A stretch of 64,000 nucleotides of DNA from Thermoproteota archaeon. GTDB lineage: Archaea > Thermoproteota > Thermoprotei > Gearchaeales > Gearchaeaceae. Under the pieces are notes generated by a model. The model was not told the origin of the DNA. It made no database searches and was given only the letters and a program-made list of their open reading frames with translations. The stretch is from NCBI GenBank assembly GCA_032249235.1, contig JAVVGF010000001.1:152399-216398 (forward strand), written 5' to 3'. Below, one piece after another: positions 8,065 to 17,281 of this stretch; positions within the stretch are counted from its first letter, which is position 1; each line of letters opens with the position of its first letter. The position numbers and the translations under genes are program-made.

Positions 8065-10566
8065 TTATTTTGCTGGTATTACTTTCTTGTATATCTCACT
8101 ATAAGTCTTTTTCTCACCATCTACGGTTAAAAGGAACTCCAATGTTATATTGAATAATTTCTCATTGTTTTTTAAATAGGGTAATATTAAATCCCAATCT
8201 TCTTTACTTAGCTTAACATATTTGCCACCATGTAGTTGGTTTTCTTCAAGCTTATTATAAGGATCCCTTATGTATATTGCTCCTCCTGAAGCCAATGAGA
8301 ATAAATTCCCACCAGGATATGGATCTTCAAGATTGTAATATTCTCCTTCATCACTTATTCCTATACTATTTAATATTACAAAACCTCCTCCTTTTAATGG
8401 GTCTCCAGCCATGAATGATTCTGCTAAATAATCTAAACATGTTCCGTTAATTATAACTCTAGGCTTTCCTACAGAGTTTATCAAAGGTCTACCGGCTGCA
8501 CTACCTAAGACATAAACTTCTCCTCCTTTCGAGCTATACATAAACGTTTGTCCAACATCACCATATATTACAAGTTTACCTCTTTTCATTATTTGCGCTA
8601 CTTGATCTTGAGCAGATCCATGAACATATATTTCTGCACCATCTAATCCTGAACCTAAATAATCTCCAGAATCACCATATACATCAATTCTTAAAGAATC
8701 TGAATTAGGACCGAGGCCACAACCTAGAAATCTTTGTCCTCTCATATTATAAACGATGATTTTTCTCCAACCCATTTTGTATGCTTCGACAACAAATCTA
8801 GATAATGAATCTTCTCCTTCTGAAGGGAAATATTTGGAATCAATTACTAATGTTTGAATTGAATTTTCAGCCTCATGTAATTTATCTTTTTCATAAAAAT
8901 CTATTAATTTATATTCTTGATCTAAATATTTATCAAAAATTTCATATAAAGCTTTTAATAATACGGTCTTTATTGAACTTCTTCTTTTCATTCCGGTATT
9001 ATAAGGAAGATCATATAGACGTGTAAGCAATTCTATTGCTTCTCTTGGTTTTCTTTTCTTTATGCTTTCTATATAGGATAATAATTCTTCCCATCCAATA
9101 TCCTTTATTCTTTTTATAAATGTATCTATATCAAAATTTTTATCATCTTTAATATTAAAAATTTTTTGATTATTAGATAACTTGGGATAATAATGTTCTT
9201 GATATTCTGGAATCGTTATCTTAATTCCAAATTTATTAAAACATTCGAATTTATTTTTTTCATAGTTGTAAACATAAATGAATGCTCCTCCATCTGTATG
9301 ACTTCCTCCTCTCGCAACCCAATATTTATCAGCATATAGTGAGGGTATGCGTGCATCTTCATATAAATCTCTAAGTATAGCATTAATAGCTTGTCTTTCA
9401 GAAGCGACGATACCTAATTTCATGTTCGCATCGAGATAAGAGAAAACTTGAGGCCTGAGCATAGAAGTATCTGTTATACCGATTAACTGAAATTGCTTTA
9501 AACGAGGATCATGGCCTGCAATTATGAAAAACCAAGGTCCGTCAGGAGAGGATGTCATGTGCAAAGCTTGGATCTCTCTATATATTTTTCTCTTTTCTAA
9601 AGGTAATTTGTAGAAATCTCTTTCAAGTGTAGGAGCGAGAGCTTCTATCAAATATTCTAAAGGATATTCATATACTCTATATAATAAATCGAAAACGAGC
9701 ATAGCTACCTCTGTATCAGTTAAGAAAAGCGGTTCATAGTTTCTTTCTTTTAAGTATTCAACGATAGGATGATAATTTGAGAAATCTCCATTATGAACCA
9801 ACGCATGATTTACTCCTACGAAAGGATGAGCTCCTCCAGGATGCCAAACTTTTCCTTTTGTTGGATATCTATGATGTCCTATCCATACATGTGCTTTGAA
9901 ATCATCTAATTTATAATATTTAATAACTTCATCACCATAACCTACAAGCTTGAGTACTATCATATTTTTACCTGAAGACATCACCATTGCTCTTTTTTCG
10001 CCTAAAGAAGAATAATATTTCTTGTTAAGCATGAACGAAATTTGCCATATCATTTCTTCTTCTACTTTATCTTCAGGAAGATCTTCAAGCTCATTCTCTC
10101 TAATAAATTTCTTGAGCTTATCTTCTCTTACTTTTATAAAATATCTATAAATTTCTGGCGGCCTTACTTCTAAACCTAGTTTTTGATGATCTAGATGTTC
10201 TAGCTTATAACTATCATATACTTCAAAGAATTCAGAAATGTATCCTTTTTCAATTTCATCCTTATAACTTTCATTCAAAATCGCTAATTGGAATATATAG
10301 CAGTTATTGAGCATTTCTTTGCTTACTCCTAGTTGAATATTTGAAAGTCCTACAGCTGCAATTCCTCCTCCTTTCCTGTTTCCTCTGTTTTTCATTTGAT
10401 AAAGTGCTTGATACAGGTATCTTCCTTCAAGTTGTTCAGAGGAAGCTAATCCTATTACTCCACATCCACCTTCCGCTTCAATCTTATTTTTAACTTTAAA
10501 ATCCTTCTCAATTATTCTCAATCTGCTTTTCAATAACTTGTTATTCATATTCCTCTTTACCTTCAA
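8065..10566 (-). CDS. archaeal-type glutamate synthase subunit: N-terminal class-II glutamine amidotransferase domain fused to C-terminal GXGXG (GltB domain 3) domain
   Basis: 833 aa. Ntn-type GATase nucleophile context GGCGVIGL sits after a short propeptide. The C-terminal beta-helix domain carries glycine-rich repeats (RGQRFLGCGLG, VYGDSGDYLGSGLDGAEIYVHGSAQDQVAQIMKRGKLVIYGDVGQTFMYSSKGGEVYVLGSAAG) characteristic of glutamate synthase domain 3. It overlaps the upstream FMN-domain gene. Confidence 0.8.
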   Translation of the reverse strand: MKVKRNMNNKLLKSRLRIIEKDFKVKNKIEAEGGCGVIGLASSEQLEGRYLYQALYQMKNRGNRKGGGIAAVGLSNIQLGVSKEMLNNCYIFQLAILNESYKDEIEKGYISEFFEVYDSYKLEHLDHQKLGLEVRPPEIYRYFIKVREDKLKKFIRENELEDLPEDKVEEEMIWQISFMLNKKYYSSLGEKRAMVMSSGKNMIVLKLVGYGDEVIKYYKLDDFKAHVWIGHHRYPTKGKVWHPGGAHPFVGVNHALVHNGDFSNYHPIVEYLKERNYEPLFLTDTEVAMLVFDLLYRVYEYPLEYLIEALAPTLERDFYKLPLEKRKIYREIQALHMTSSPDGPWFFIIAGHDPRLKQFQLIGITDTSMLRPQVFSYLDANMKLGIVASERQAINAILRDLYEDARIPSLYADKYWVARGGSHTDGGAFIYVYNYEKNKFECFNKFGIKITIPEYQEHYYPKLSNNQKIFNIKDDKNFDIDTFIKRIKDIGWEELLSYIESIKKRKPREAIELLTRLYDLPYNTGMKRRSSIKTVLLKALYEIFDKYLDQEYKLIDFYEKDKLHEAENSIQTLVIDSKYFPSEGEDSLSRFVVEAYKMGWRKIIVYNMRGQRFLGCGLGPNSDSLRIDVYGDSGDYLGSGLDGAEIYVHGSAQDQVAQIMKRGKLVIYGDVGQTFMYSSKGGEVYVLGSAAGRPLINSVGKPRVIINGTCLDYLAESFMAGDPLKGGGFVILNSIGISDEGEYYNLEDPYPGGNLFSLASGGAIYIRDPYNKLEENQLHGGKYVKLSKEDWDLILPYLKNNEKLFNITLEFLLTVDGEKKTYSEIYKKVIPAK

Positions 10567-11890
10567 AACTAGGTCCTTTATCTAATAACAAATCCTTTCT
10601 TCCTTTTAATTCCCTTATGCTATCTAGATCTAGCATGTATAAGATTTTTTTCAATTCATAACACCACGCCTTATACATGTTGATAATTCTTTTCGAGCCC
10701 CATGCGGGGTCTTGCAAACTCGATAAAACTTTATTCGTTGTTGCTATACCTATTTGACAACCTCTTCCTCTTCCTCCTTTCTCGCAATTACCGCATTGTG
10801 TGCATCCTAAAGCTATTAGCTCTGCAGTTCCTATTATGCAACCATCAGCTCCTAAAGCTATTGCTTTAGCAACATCATGAGGAGTTCTTATTCCGCCACT
10901 TGCCATTAAAATAATGTTTTCTCTCACACCTTCAGCTAAAAGATAGTTATGAACCTTAGGTATAGCAAATTCAATAGGCATAGCTATATTTTTCTTTGCA
11001 AATTCAGGCGAAGCTCCTGTACCCCCATAACCCCCATCGAGATGAATAATGTGAGCACCTGCATAATAGATTCCAATTGCTACCATATCTACATCTATAG
11101 GCGTTGAAACTTTAACTGAAACCAAAGCATTTGGATTTACAGCACGAATCCAATCAACATGCTTCTTATGATCTTCTACTGAATATACACTATGAAAAGG
11201 GAAGGGTTGATAAATATTAACGAATGGTACGACTTCTCTCATTTCTGCTACCTCAGGAGTTACCTTTGGCGCTAGAAGATGTCCACCTAAGCCTGGTTTG
11301 GCTCCTTGAGCATATTTGAATTCTATAATCCGCGATACGAGTATTGTTTCTTCTCTTACTCCAAAATATCCAGTTGAGATTTGTGTAATTACGTTTTCCT
11401 TAAATTTCATCAATTCTTTAGGATATCCTCCTTCCCCTGTAGATGTGAAAGTTCCTAAAGCTTTTGCACTCATTGCTCTAGCGATCATAACGTTTAAGCT
11501 AATCGAACCGAAGGACATACCTGCTCCGTAAAAAGGAACAGGGATTGTAATTTTTTCACCATAGTTTCTTTTATTAAGATCAATTGAAAGGTCTATTTCT
11601 TCGAACTTTTTTAAGAAATCTTTTTCATCGAATGATTGTTTGTATTTGAAATCTAATGAATCAAAACCGTCTCCTCTATTTCCTATTCTATATTCAAGAT
11701 GTTCAGGTATTTTACCTGTTGAAGCTTCGTAATATGTAGCTAATATCAAATCTTTTGTCCAGCCATAATTTCCTATTGCTATTTCTTCGAAGTTTAAATA
11801 AGGTAAAATCTCGAGATTTCTGTAGATATTTTCTCTATGTTTCTCTATCGCTCTTGGATTTGAGATATTTAGAAGTTTTAATGAAGGCAT
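10541..11890 (-). CDS. archaeal-type glutamate synthase FMN-binding subunit (GltB domain 2, TIM barrel)
   Basis: 449 aa. Motifs STGEGG, QGAKPGLGGHL, MASGGIRTPHDVAKAIALGADGCIIGTA and a C-terminal Cys cluster CTQCGNCEKGGRGRGCQ match the FMN/Fe-S domain of glutamate synthase large subunit. Confidence 0.85.
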   Translation of the reverse strand: MPSLKLLNISNPRAIEKHRENIYRNLEILPYLNFEEIAIGNYGWTKDLILATYYEASTGKIPEHLEYRIGNRGDGFDSLDFKYKQSFDEKDFLKKFEEIDLSIDLNKRNYGEKITIPVPFYGAGMSFGSISLNVMIARAMSAKALGTFTSTGEGGYPKELMKFKENVITQISTGYFGVREETILVSRIIEFKYAQGAKPGLGGHLLAPKVTPEVAEMREVVPFVNIYQPFPFHSVYSVEDHKKHVDWIRAVNPNALVSVKVSTPIDVDMVAIGIYYAGAHIIHLDGGYGGTGASPEFAKKNIAMPIEFAIPKVHNYLLAEGVRENIILMASGGIRTPHDVAKAIALGADGCIIGTAELIALGCTQCGNCEKGGRGRGCQIGIATTNKVLSSLQDPAWGSKRIINMYKAWCYELKKILYMLDLDSIRELKGRKDLLLDKGPSFEGKEEYE

Positions 11891-13554
11891 TCTATATCTC
11901 CAAAAGCCTCTTTTCTGATCTCTTCATAAAAAATAGCCCTTCCTACATCTCCTCTTAGTCTTCGCACATCTCTTTTACCCATTGCACTTAGTGCTTCAAT
12001 TATCTGTTCATGCCATGCAGAAATCAAATTAATTAATCTTTGAGAGCCCCATTCAACATCTATTTTTCTAGGGACAATTTTTGCTTTTCCTCTCACTAAT
12101 TTAAATTCTGATTGAAGAGCAACATGAATAGCTACATCAATTCCAACAGCATCTAGTCCGCAAATCATTGCTTTAACAACGTGTTCAGCCATTGTAGCAC
12201 ATCTACTTCCTAATATGGATATCTCATTTCTCATTCCTTTTTTTAGCAATTCTTCATGTATTTCTCTTATAATTCGCTTTGGATTTTCTCTTGCATCCCA
12301 ATTAAACACGATATGAATTGAATCAAAACCATTTTCTATTGCTTTTAACAATTTTCTATATAAATTGTCTTTTGAATTTATCCTAGCTATAAGAATTTTA
12401 TCTTCTTTATCTTTTAGACTTTTTAATAAATCATCAGCATATTCTTCATACTCTATTTCAATTATTTTAGTCTTTTTTAAAATTTTATCATAATTTTCAT
12501 TAAAATATTCTTCTTTTTTTATTAAAGGAATTAAGTTTGAGCTTATATTAATTAATTTCTCAAAATTCTTTAAAGATACTATTGCAAAAGTTGAACATTT
12601 TTCTGCAGCTATAGCAATTGCTTTTTGATGTGAATAATTAGTGAATTCTTCTTCTTGATAATCGAAAAATACTGGAATCTCTATCCTGAATGTTTTGCTT
12701 GATTTTAATTGAGGATAAAATCTATCTTTCCTGCTTCCTATATCTACTGCTGTAGAGATATATTCTCTCCCTTCTTTACCATCTCTAGTAGGTCTAACTA
12801 TTTCTGACATATCTAACCATATTCCATCCCATGAAGGGCCTGCAAATTGTCCTTTATAGCCCATTCCTTTTACTAGTTCATCGCCTGTTTCGGCTTCATG
12901 CAATATTGTATAGAAGTCATTCAAATTAATTGAGAAAAATGCTAAACTCTTTTTCATATCCAAAAATTTCTTGTTTATTTCTATTCTAGCAACATTTGGA
13001 TATTCTTGCCAACATCTTAAACAGCCTGTGCATCTATCTTTTTTAGGTAAATATCCGCCTAAAATTCCATCAAATACGCCATATTCACAAGGTCTGTCAA
13101 ACAAGGCATCATATCTCAATTTCAATTCTGTATAAAACTTAAGAATTTCTTCCTTTAAGTTAATACGTTTCTCTAATACTTCTTCTATTCTTTTCCTTGA
13201 AAAATAAGATAAAATTGTTTTGATGATGAATTTTATAATTAGCTCATTTGCTTCTTTAATTATGAGTTTCGTTAATCCGATTTTGCTTATTTTAGGTTCA
13301 AATTTGTGAGGAACTTTATATTTGGATGGGCAATATTCTTTTCTTAATTTGTAACGTATGTGTTGGGAGTCTTCAATATGAATAAGTTTCGATTGTAAAA
13401 CTGTTTCGTAAATTTCCATAAAGATTGATCTATATAATCCATATTTAAAATTGAATATGAACATTTTTTTATTAATTGAGGTAGAATTTGAATAAATTTT
13501 TATAAAATTTGAAAATAAACAATAGTCCAATTCCGAGCATTTCAAGGCGTCCAT
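11878..13554 (-). CDS. divergent paralog of the glutamate-synthase FMN domain with N-terminal Cys-motif extension (function unknown; likely degenerate/non-catalytic or altered-specificity partner)
   Basis: 558 aa. The C-terminal half aligns by eye with the 449-aa FMN subunit but its key motifs are degenerate: KGQFAGPSWDG vs QGAKPGLGG, LGSRCATMAEHVVKAMICGLDAVGIDVA vs SGGIRTPHDVAKAIALGADGCIIGTA, and VEWGSQRLINLISAW vs PAWGSKRIINMYKAW. The N-terminal part has a CTGCLRCW cysteine motif. The gene overlaps the downstream gene, consistent with co-operonic translational coupling. The true start is probably an internal Met, since the annotated N-terminus is low complexity. Confidence 0.55.
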   Translation of the reverse strand: MDALKCSELDYCLFSNFIKIYSNSTSINKKMFIFNFKYGLYRSIFMEIYETVLQSKLIHIEDSQHIRYKLRKEYCPSKYKVPHKFEPKISKIGLTKLIIKEANELIIKFIIKTILSYFSRKRIEEVLEKRINLKEEILKFYTELKLRYDALFDRPCEYGVFDGILGGYLPKKDRCTGCLRCWQEYPNVARIEINKKFLDMKKSLAFFSINLNDFYTILHEAETGDELVKGMGYKGQFAGPSWDGIWLDMSEIVRPTRDGKEGREYISTAVDIGSRKDRFYPQLKSSKTFRIEIPVFFDYQEEEFTNYSHQKAIAIAAEKCSTFAIVSLKNFEKLINISSNLIPLIKKEEYFNENYDKILKKTKIIEIEYEEYADDLLKSLKDKEDKILIARINSKDNLYRKLLKAIENGFDSIHIVFNWDARENPKRIIREIHEELLKKGMRNEISILGSRCATMAEHVVKAMICGLDAVGIDVAIHVALQSEFKLVRGKAKIVPRKIDVEWGSQRLINLISAWHEQIIEALSAMGKRDVRRLRGDVGRAIFYEEIRKEAFGDIECLH

Positions 13555-13585
13555 CCTTAAATTTTTGTTTTACGATTAATCATTC

Positions 13586-15016
13586 ATGAAGGTGTTATCA
13601 TTTATTTTGATCTTCTTTATTCTTTCACAACCTTTATCATATAGCGCTTTAGTGGGTAGTAGTCTTCAAGAATTCGACGTTAATAAAAATGCTGAAAGTA
13701 GTACGCTGTCTAAACTTATTATTTATCAGGCAAGTTCTGTAAACGCTTGTGCATTTATTCAAAAAACCATCGATGTTAAAGATTACGGATTTTCTTCAAA
13801 TCGTCTTTTCAGATTTCTTTCTGATGCTTCGCTTAATTTGAATTCAACAATTATAAATAACCTAGGTAATATTGCTGAAAAAGCTTATTCAATTCTTGTA
13901 TCTTTTTTTAATGCTACTCCCTATGATCAATCAAAAGAAGGCTTTATAAATGTAGCAATTGCGAATTTAAACGAAGCTTATAATCGAAGTCAAGTATTCG
14001 TTGCAGGTTATACAATACCTAAAGAAGATCCTAATAATAAGAGCATAATATACCTTGATTCATACCATGTACTAACTTCAAGCTATAATGACACCTATGT
14101 GTTATTCGCGCATGAGCTCTTTCATCTCATACAAGCCTCTGTGATAAACATATCTTCACATGAAGACTGGGTCATTGAAGGTACAGCTGTATTTGCAAGC
14201 GATTTGGCTATCAAAGGTTACTCTCCACTTTATAATTCAATATATTTAGCTTATAACAAGTTCAACGTTTCTTTAAGAACTCCTGCGCAATGCTTAAGCT
14301 TAGATGCTTATATAGCAGATTATTTGATAGCCCCAACTTTTTTCGAGTTTTTAGCTGAAAAATATGGTAATAGCGCAATTAGTAAGCTATTATGGAAATT
14401 AAAAGGGAATAGCGATATAAGAGCATTAGAAATTGTTTCGAATACAACATTCGATAGATTATTCTCTGAATTCGCTGTGTGGAATTATTTAGGTCTTTAC
14501 CATGGTACGGAGTATACTTTTGAAAAAGTCAAAATTTATGCTTTTCCTCTAACTTCTTTAGTCTTAAATTCTACTTATGCGAATAGCATTGCTCCTCTAT
14601 CAATCCATTACATAAGAATTTTAGCACAAAGAGATGCGATTTTAGATATAAATTATCAAGGAAATCTTAATTTCATAATAATTAAAATTAAAGGAAATAG
14701 ATTAAGTAATAATTTCACTTATGAAGTTTCATATATTAAAAATGAAAAATATATCTTTATATCAAATGTAAAGGAATATAATGAAATAGTATTAGGAATT
14801 GTAAATACCGAATCAAATAACATAAACTATTCGATTATTTTATTGCCTTCTAACTTAACGCTTTATACAATAACGTTTACTAAAACAGAAATAAAAGAAA
14901 TCCCCAATGCGAATCTTTTGGCAATCTTAATCTTTGCAACTATTATTACATTTTTAGCTTTGTTTTTGATTTTATTTAGAAGAAGGCTTAGCAAAGTCTT
15001 CTCTCAAGAAACATGA
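13586..15016 (+). CDS. secreted, C-terminally membrane-anchored putative zinc metalloprotease (HEXXH motif)
   Basis: 476 aa. It has an N-terminal signal-like hydrophobic segment, the motif VLFAHELFHLIQ (HEXXH) with a downstream EGTAVF glutamate, many N-x-S/T sequons, and a C-terminal TM helix LLAILIFATIITFLALFLILF followed by basic residues. Confidence 0.5.
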   Translation: MKVLSFILIFFILSQPLSYSALVGSSLQEFDVNKNAESSTLSKLIIYQASSVNACAFIQKTIDVKDYGFSSNRLFRFLSDASLNLNSTIINNLGNIAEKAYSILVSFFNATPYDQSKEGFINVAIANLNEAYNRSQVFVAGYTIPKEDPNNKSIIYLDSYHVLTSSYNDTYVLFAHELFHLIQASVINISSHEDWVIEGTAVFASDLAIKGYSPLYNSIYLAYNKFNVSLRTPAQCLSLDAYIADYLIAPTFFEFLAEKYGNSAISKLLWKLKGNSDIRALEIVSNTTFDRLFSEFAVWNYLGLYHGTEYTFEKVKIYAFPLTSLVLNSTYANSIAPLSIHYIRILAQRDAILDINYQGNLNFIIIKIKGNRLSNNFTYEVSYIKNEKYIFISNVKEYNEIVLGIVNTESNNINYSIILLPSNLTLYTITFTKTEIKEIPNANLLAILIFATIITFLALFLILFRRRLSKVFSQET

Positions 15017-15803
15017 ACTTTGAAGATAGCTTCTCTACTTCATTCTCGCTAAATCCCAATTTTCTCAGACTTTCCTCGATGCTTGCATCTATATTTTTAT
15101 AATATTCATTAATTTCCTCAATATCCAATTTTCTTCCTATAAGTTCGAAAAAGCTATTTTTAATATGATCTTCAGAGAGTTTAAAAGAAGATATTAGAAG
15201 TTCAGACCCAATCACAGCATCTAAGATTTGTACAACACTTATCTTTTCCTTAGCTATAAACTCTTCAAAGACCTTATTCGCAATTATCTTATTTTTCTCG
15301 TTGTAATCAAAAAGTTCAAATAATTTTTTATAAGTATAGTTATTACTCTTTTCAATTAAATAATCTAGATTAGATCTATAAATTGTTTCCAAAAATATAT
15401 TTAAAAGAAGATATTGACGCAAAGGATTAAATGTCTTTACTACGCTTAATCCAAGTTCTAGTGCTGTAGAACCTTCTGCTTCAATACCTTTTAACAAAGC
15501 AAATTTATTAATTACGCTTAAAAATTCAAGATCCTCTGCAAGTTTGCTACCTTCTATTGCTTTTATTTTAACGTTGAGATTTGAATTTAGGATGTTTTCT
15601 CTGATTTTCGCTAAAGCTTTTCTCATTTGATATGAATAGGCAAGAAATGAATTGAAGGCAGATTCGCTTATAGGTTTAAAATTTTTTAGAGTAACAAACA
15701 ATACCGAATTGCTTAATAGTTCTTCTGATAAATTGAATATTTCTACGTCGTTTTCCCTAGCAATAAGCTCTAGTTCAAGTTTAATCCATTTCGATCTTTC
15801 CAT
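14988..15803 (-). CDS. hypothetical all-alpha protein
   Basis: 271 aa ORF with ordinary coding statistics and no recognisable motif. Confidence 0.45.
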   Translation of the reverse strand: MERSKWIKLELELIARENDVEIFNLSEELLSNSVLFVTLKNFKPISESAFNSFLAYSYQMRKALAKIRENILNSNLNVKIKAIEGSKLAEDLEFLSVINKFALLKGIEAEGSTALELGLSVVKTFNPLRQYLLLNIFLETIYRSNLDYLIEKSNNYTYKKLFELFDYNEKNKIIANKVFEEFIAKEKISVVQILDAVIGSELLISSFKLSEDHIKNSFFELIGRKLDIEEINEYYKNIDASIEESLRKLGFSENEVEKLSSKFMFLERRLC

Positions 15804-15843
15804 ATGTTAGAAAGGTTAAGCTATCAATTAAACGTTAAGAATT

Positions 15844-16251
15844 TCAAGATTGTTTTTTGAAAGACTGCAATATATGACTTTCTATTTCGACAGTATAAAG
15901 TGCTTCGTTTCCTCTAAAACAATGGAACTCAAGAATTTCATTACCTGTATTTATTATTTGATGTGGCTCATTTGCTCTTATGAACACAATATCATTAGCT
16001 TTAATTTCTTTCATAACAGGTTTTCCATCTTCGATAGTTAAAATTGCACCTTTCCCTTTTGTTATGATAAGTATATGCTCATAGTTATGAATATCATAAG
16101 GTGTCATTCCTCCTGGTTCAATTTTATAATATCTTAAATAAAACCTAAAGGAACCAAATCTATCGTCGATGACTTTCCTTCTCAATACTTTTGTTGCACC
16201 TCTTTCTTTAAACTCTTCAAATTCTATTTTATCCAATTCTCTTATTATCAT
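15844..16251 (-). CDS. cupin-domain protein
   Basis: 135 aa. It has a small beta-barrel signature with a two-His motif context (PGGMTPYDIHNYEHILIITKG ... ANEPHQIIN) typical of the cupin fold. Confidence 0.65.
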   Translation of the reverse strand: MIIRELDKIEFEEFKERGATKVLRRKVIDDRFGSFRFYLRYYKIEPGGMTPYDIHNYEHILIITKGKGAILTIEDGKPVMKEIKANDIVFIRANEPHQIINTGNEILEFHCFRGNEALYTVEIESHILQSFKKQS

Positions 16252-16270
16252 TAGGAAGAATTATATTTCA

Positions 16271-17185
16271 TCAAATATATCTTCTTGAGTCTTCTGTAAG
16301 AAATAATAAGAAAAGAGATGCTACAATTAGATCCGCAGTTGTCCCTGCATTAATTTTCAGACTTGAAAATTCTTCATCTATTTCGTTTGCAATTATTTCA
16401 ATGTCTTTTTTTGTTTTCATTTTTTCATCGACGAATTTTCTAATTCTTTCAGCTATTTCGTAGCCGAATTTTCTATATACATGCGAATCAATTCTTTTGC
16501 TTAGTAATGTTAAGAATGTGCGTAAGCATGCTCTATTTAGACTTTCCTCATTTGAATATTTTAATAATAGAGGAAAGCTTTCTTCAAACGTTATCTTATA
16601 ATACGTATAGTATTCATGAGCGATCCAATCGTATTGAGTAGCACTTCTCATTATTTCTCTCGGCTTTGCCTTCTTTTCCAAAATCTCCCTTTCCCAATCC
16701 TTCTTTGTTATATCAAATTCTTCCTGCTTTAAAAGCCACTTTGGTTTAGTTAAAAGTATTGCTTTGCATATCATTATTGAATCTTCTGGTTCGCTTGAAT
16801 CTAGCACAATTTTTAAGCAATCCCTCAATCTTTCTATACTAATTTCTTTGGATTCTTTAAAGCAAAGCGCTGATGATGTTATCAAAGGAATTAAGAGCAT
16901 TAAAGAACCGAGACTAGTATTTCCTTGAGACTGATATTTAAGCATGAGTTCAGTCGCTTCATAAATTCTTTTACCTATCCTGAATCTTTTAACATATCCA
17001 TCTCTAAAAGCTGAATAAAATGTTAAAGCATTATAAGCAGTTGTTGCTAGGAAATTCTCGAATTTTAGATTACCTATCGATTTAATCTTCGTTACGTTTA
17101 AAGGCTTTGGATGAACACTAACTTCATATAACAACGCAAGAATTGCTGAACCTACAATTTTGTTTGTTAAATCATTTTTTTTCAT
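16271..17185 (-). CDS. CitG/MdcB-family protein (triphosphoribosyl-dephospho-CoA synthase-like)
   Basis: 304 aa. The segments EVSVHPKPLNV, GNTSLGSLMLL and C-terminal NAGTTADLIVASLFLLFL align with the conserved E-V-x-x-x-PKPGLVD, NTHKGSIFSL and NLSPGGSADLLIL blocks of bacterial CitG as I remember them. Confidence 0.65.
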   Translation of the reverse strand: MKKNDLTNKIVGSAILALLYEVSVHPKPLNVTKIKSIGNLKFENFLATTAYNALTFYSAFRDGYVKRFRIGKRIYEATELMLKYQSQGNTSLGSLMLLIPLITSSALCFKESKEISIERLRDCLKIVLDSSEPEDSIMICKAILLTKPKWLLKQEEFDITKKDWEREILEKKAKPREIMRSATQYDWIAHEYYTYYKITFEESFPLLLKYSNEESLNRACLRTFLTLLSKRIDSHVYRKFGYEIAERIRKFVDEKMKTKKDIEIIANEIDEEFSSLKINAGTTADLIVASLFLLFLTEDSRRYI

Positions 17186-17246
17186 ACATTTAAATATTCA
17201 AGTCTTGTTCAATAAATTGATTGTATATAATTTTCAATTTAGAAAA

Positions 17247-17255
17247 TTTTATAAA
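17247..17255 (+). promoter_or_regulatory. TATA-box-like element (ttttataaa) about 27 nt upstream of the nrdJ ATG; candidate leaderless-transcript promoter
   Basis: A/T box spacing relative to the ATG at 17282 matches archaeal TATA-to-TSS distance, assuming transcription starts at or near the start codon. Confidence 0.35.
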
Positions 17256-17281
17256 TTTGGTTATAGATTAAAACATGCGAT

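Noticed and set aside
13555-13585. Only 31 bp between divergent starts of the 558-aa glutamate-synthase-paralog ORF and the HEXXH protein ORF
   Set aside because: This is too short for two divergent archaeal promoters. The 558-aa ORF most likely initiates at an internal Met (MFIFNF... or MEIYETV...), which restores a normal intergenic distance. It is not a regulatory anomaly.
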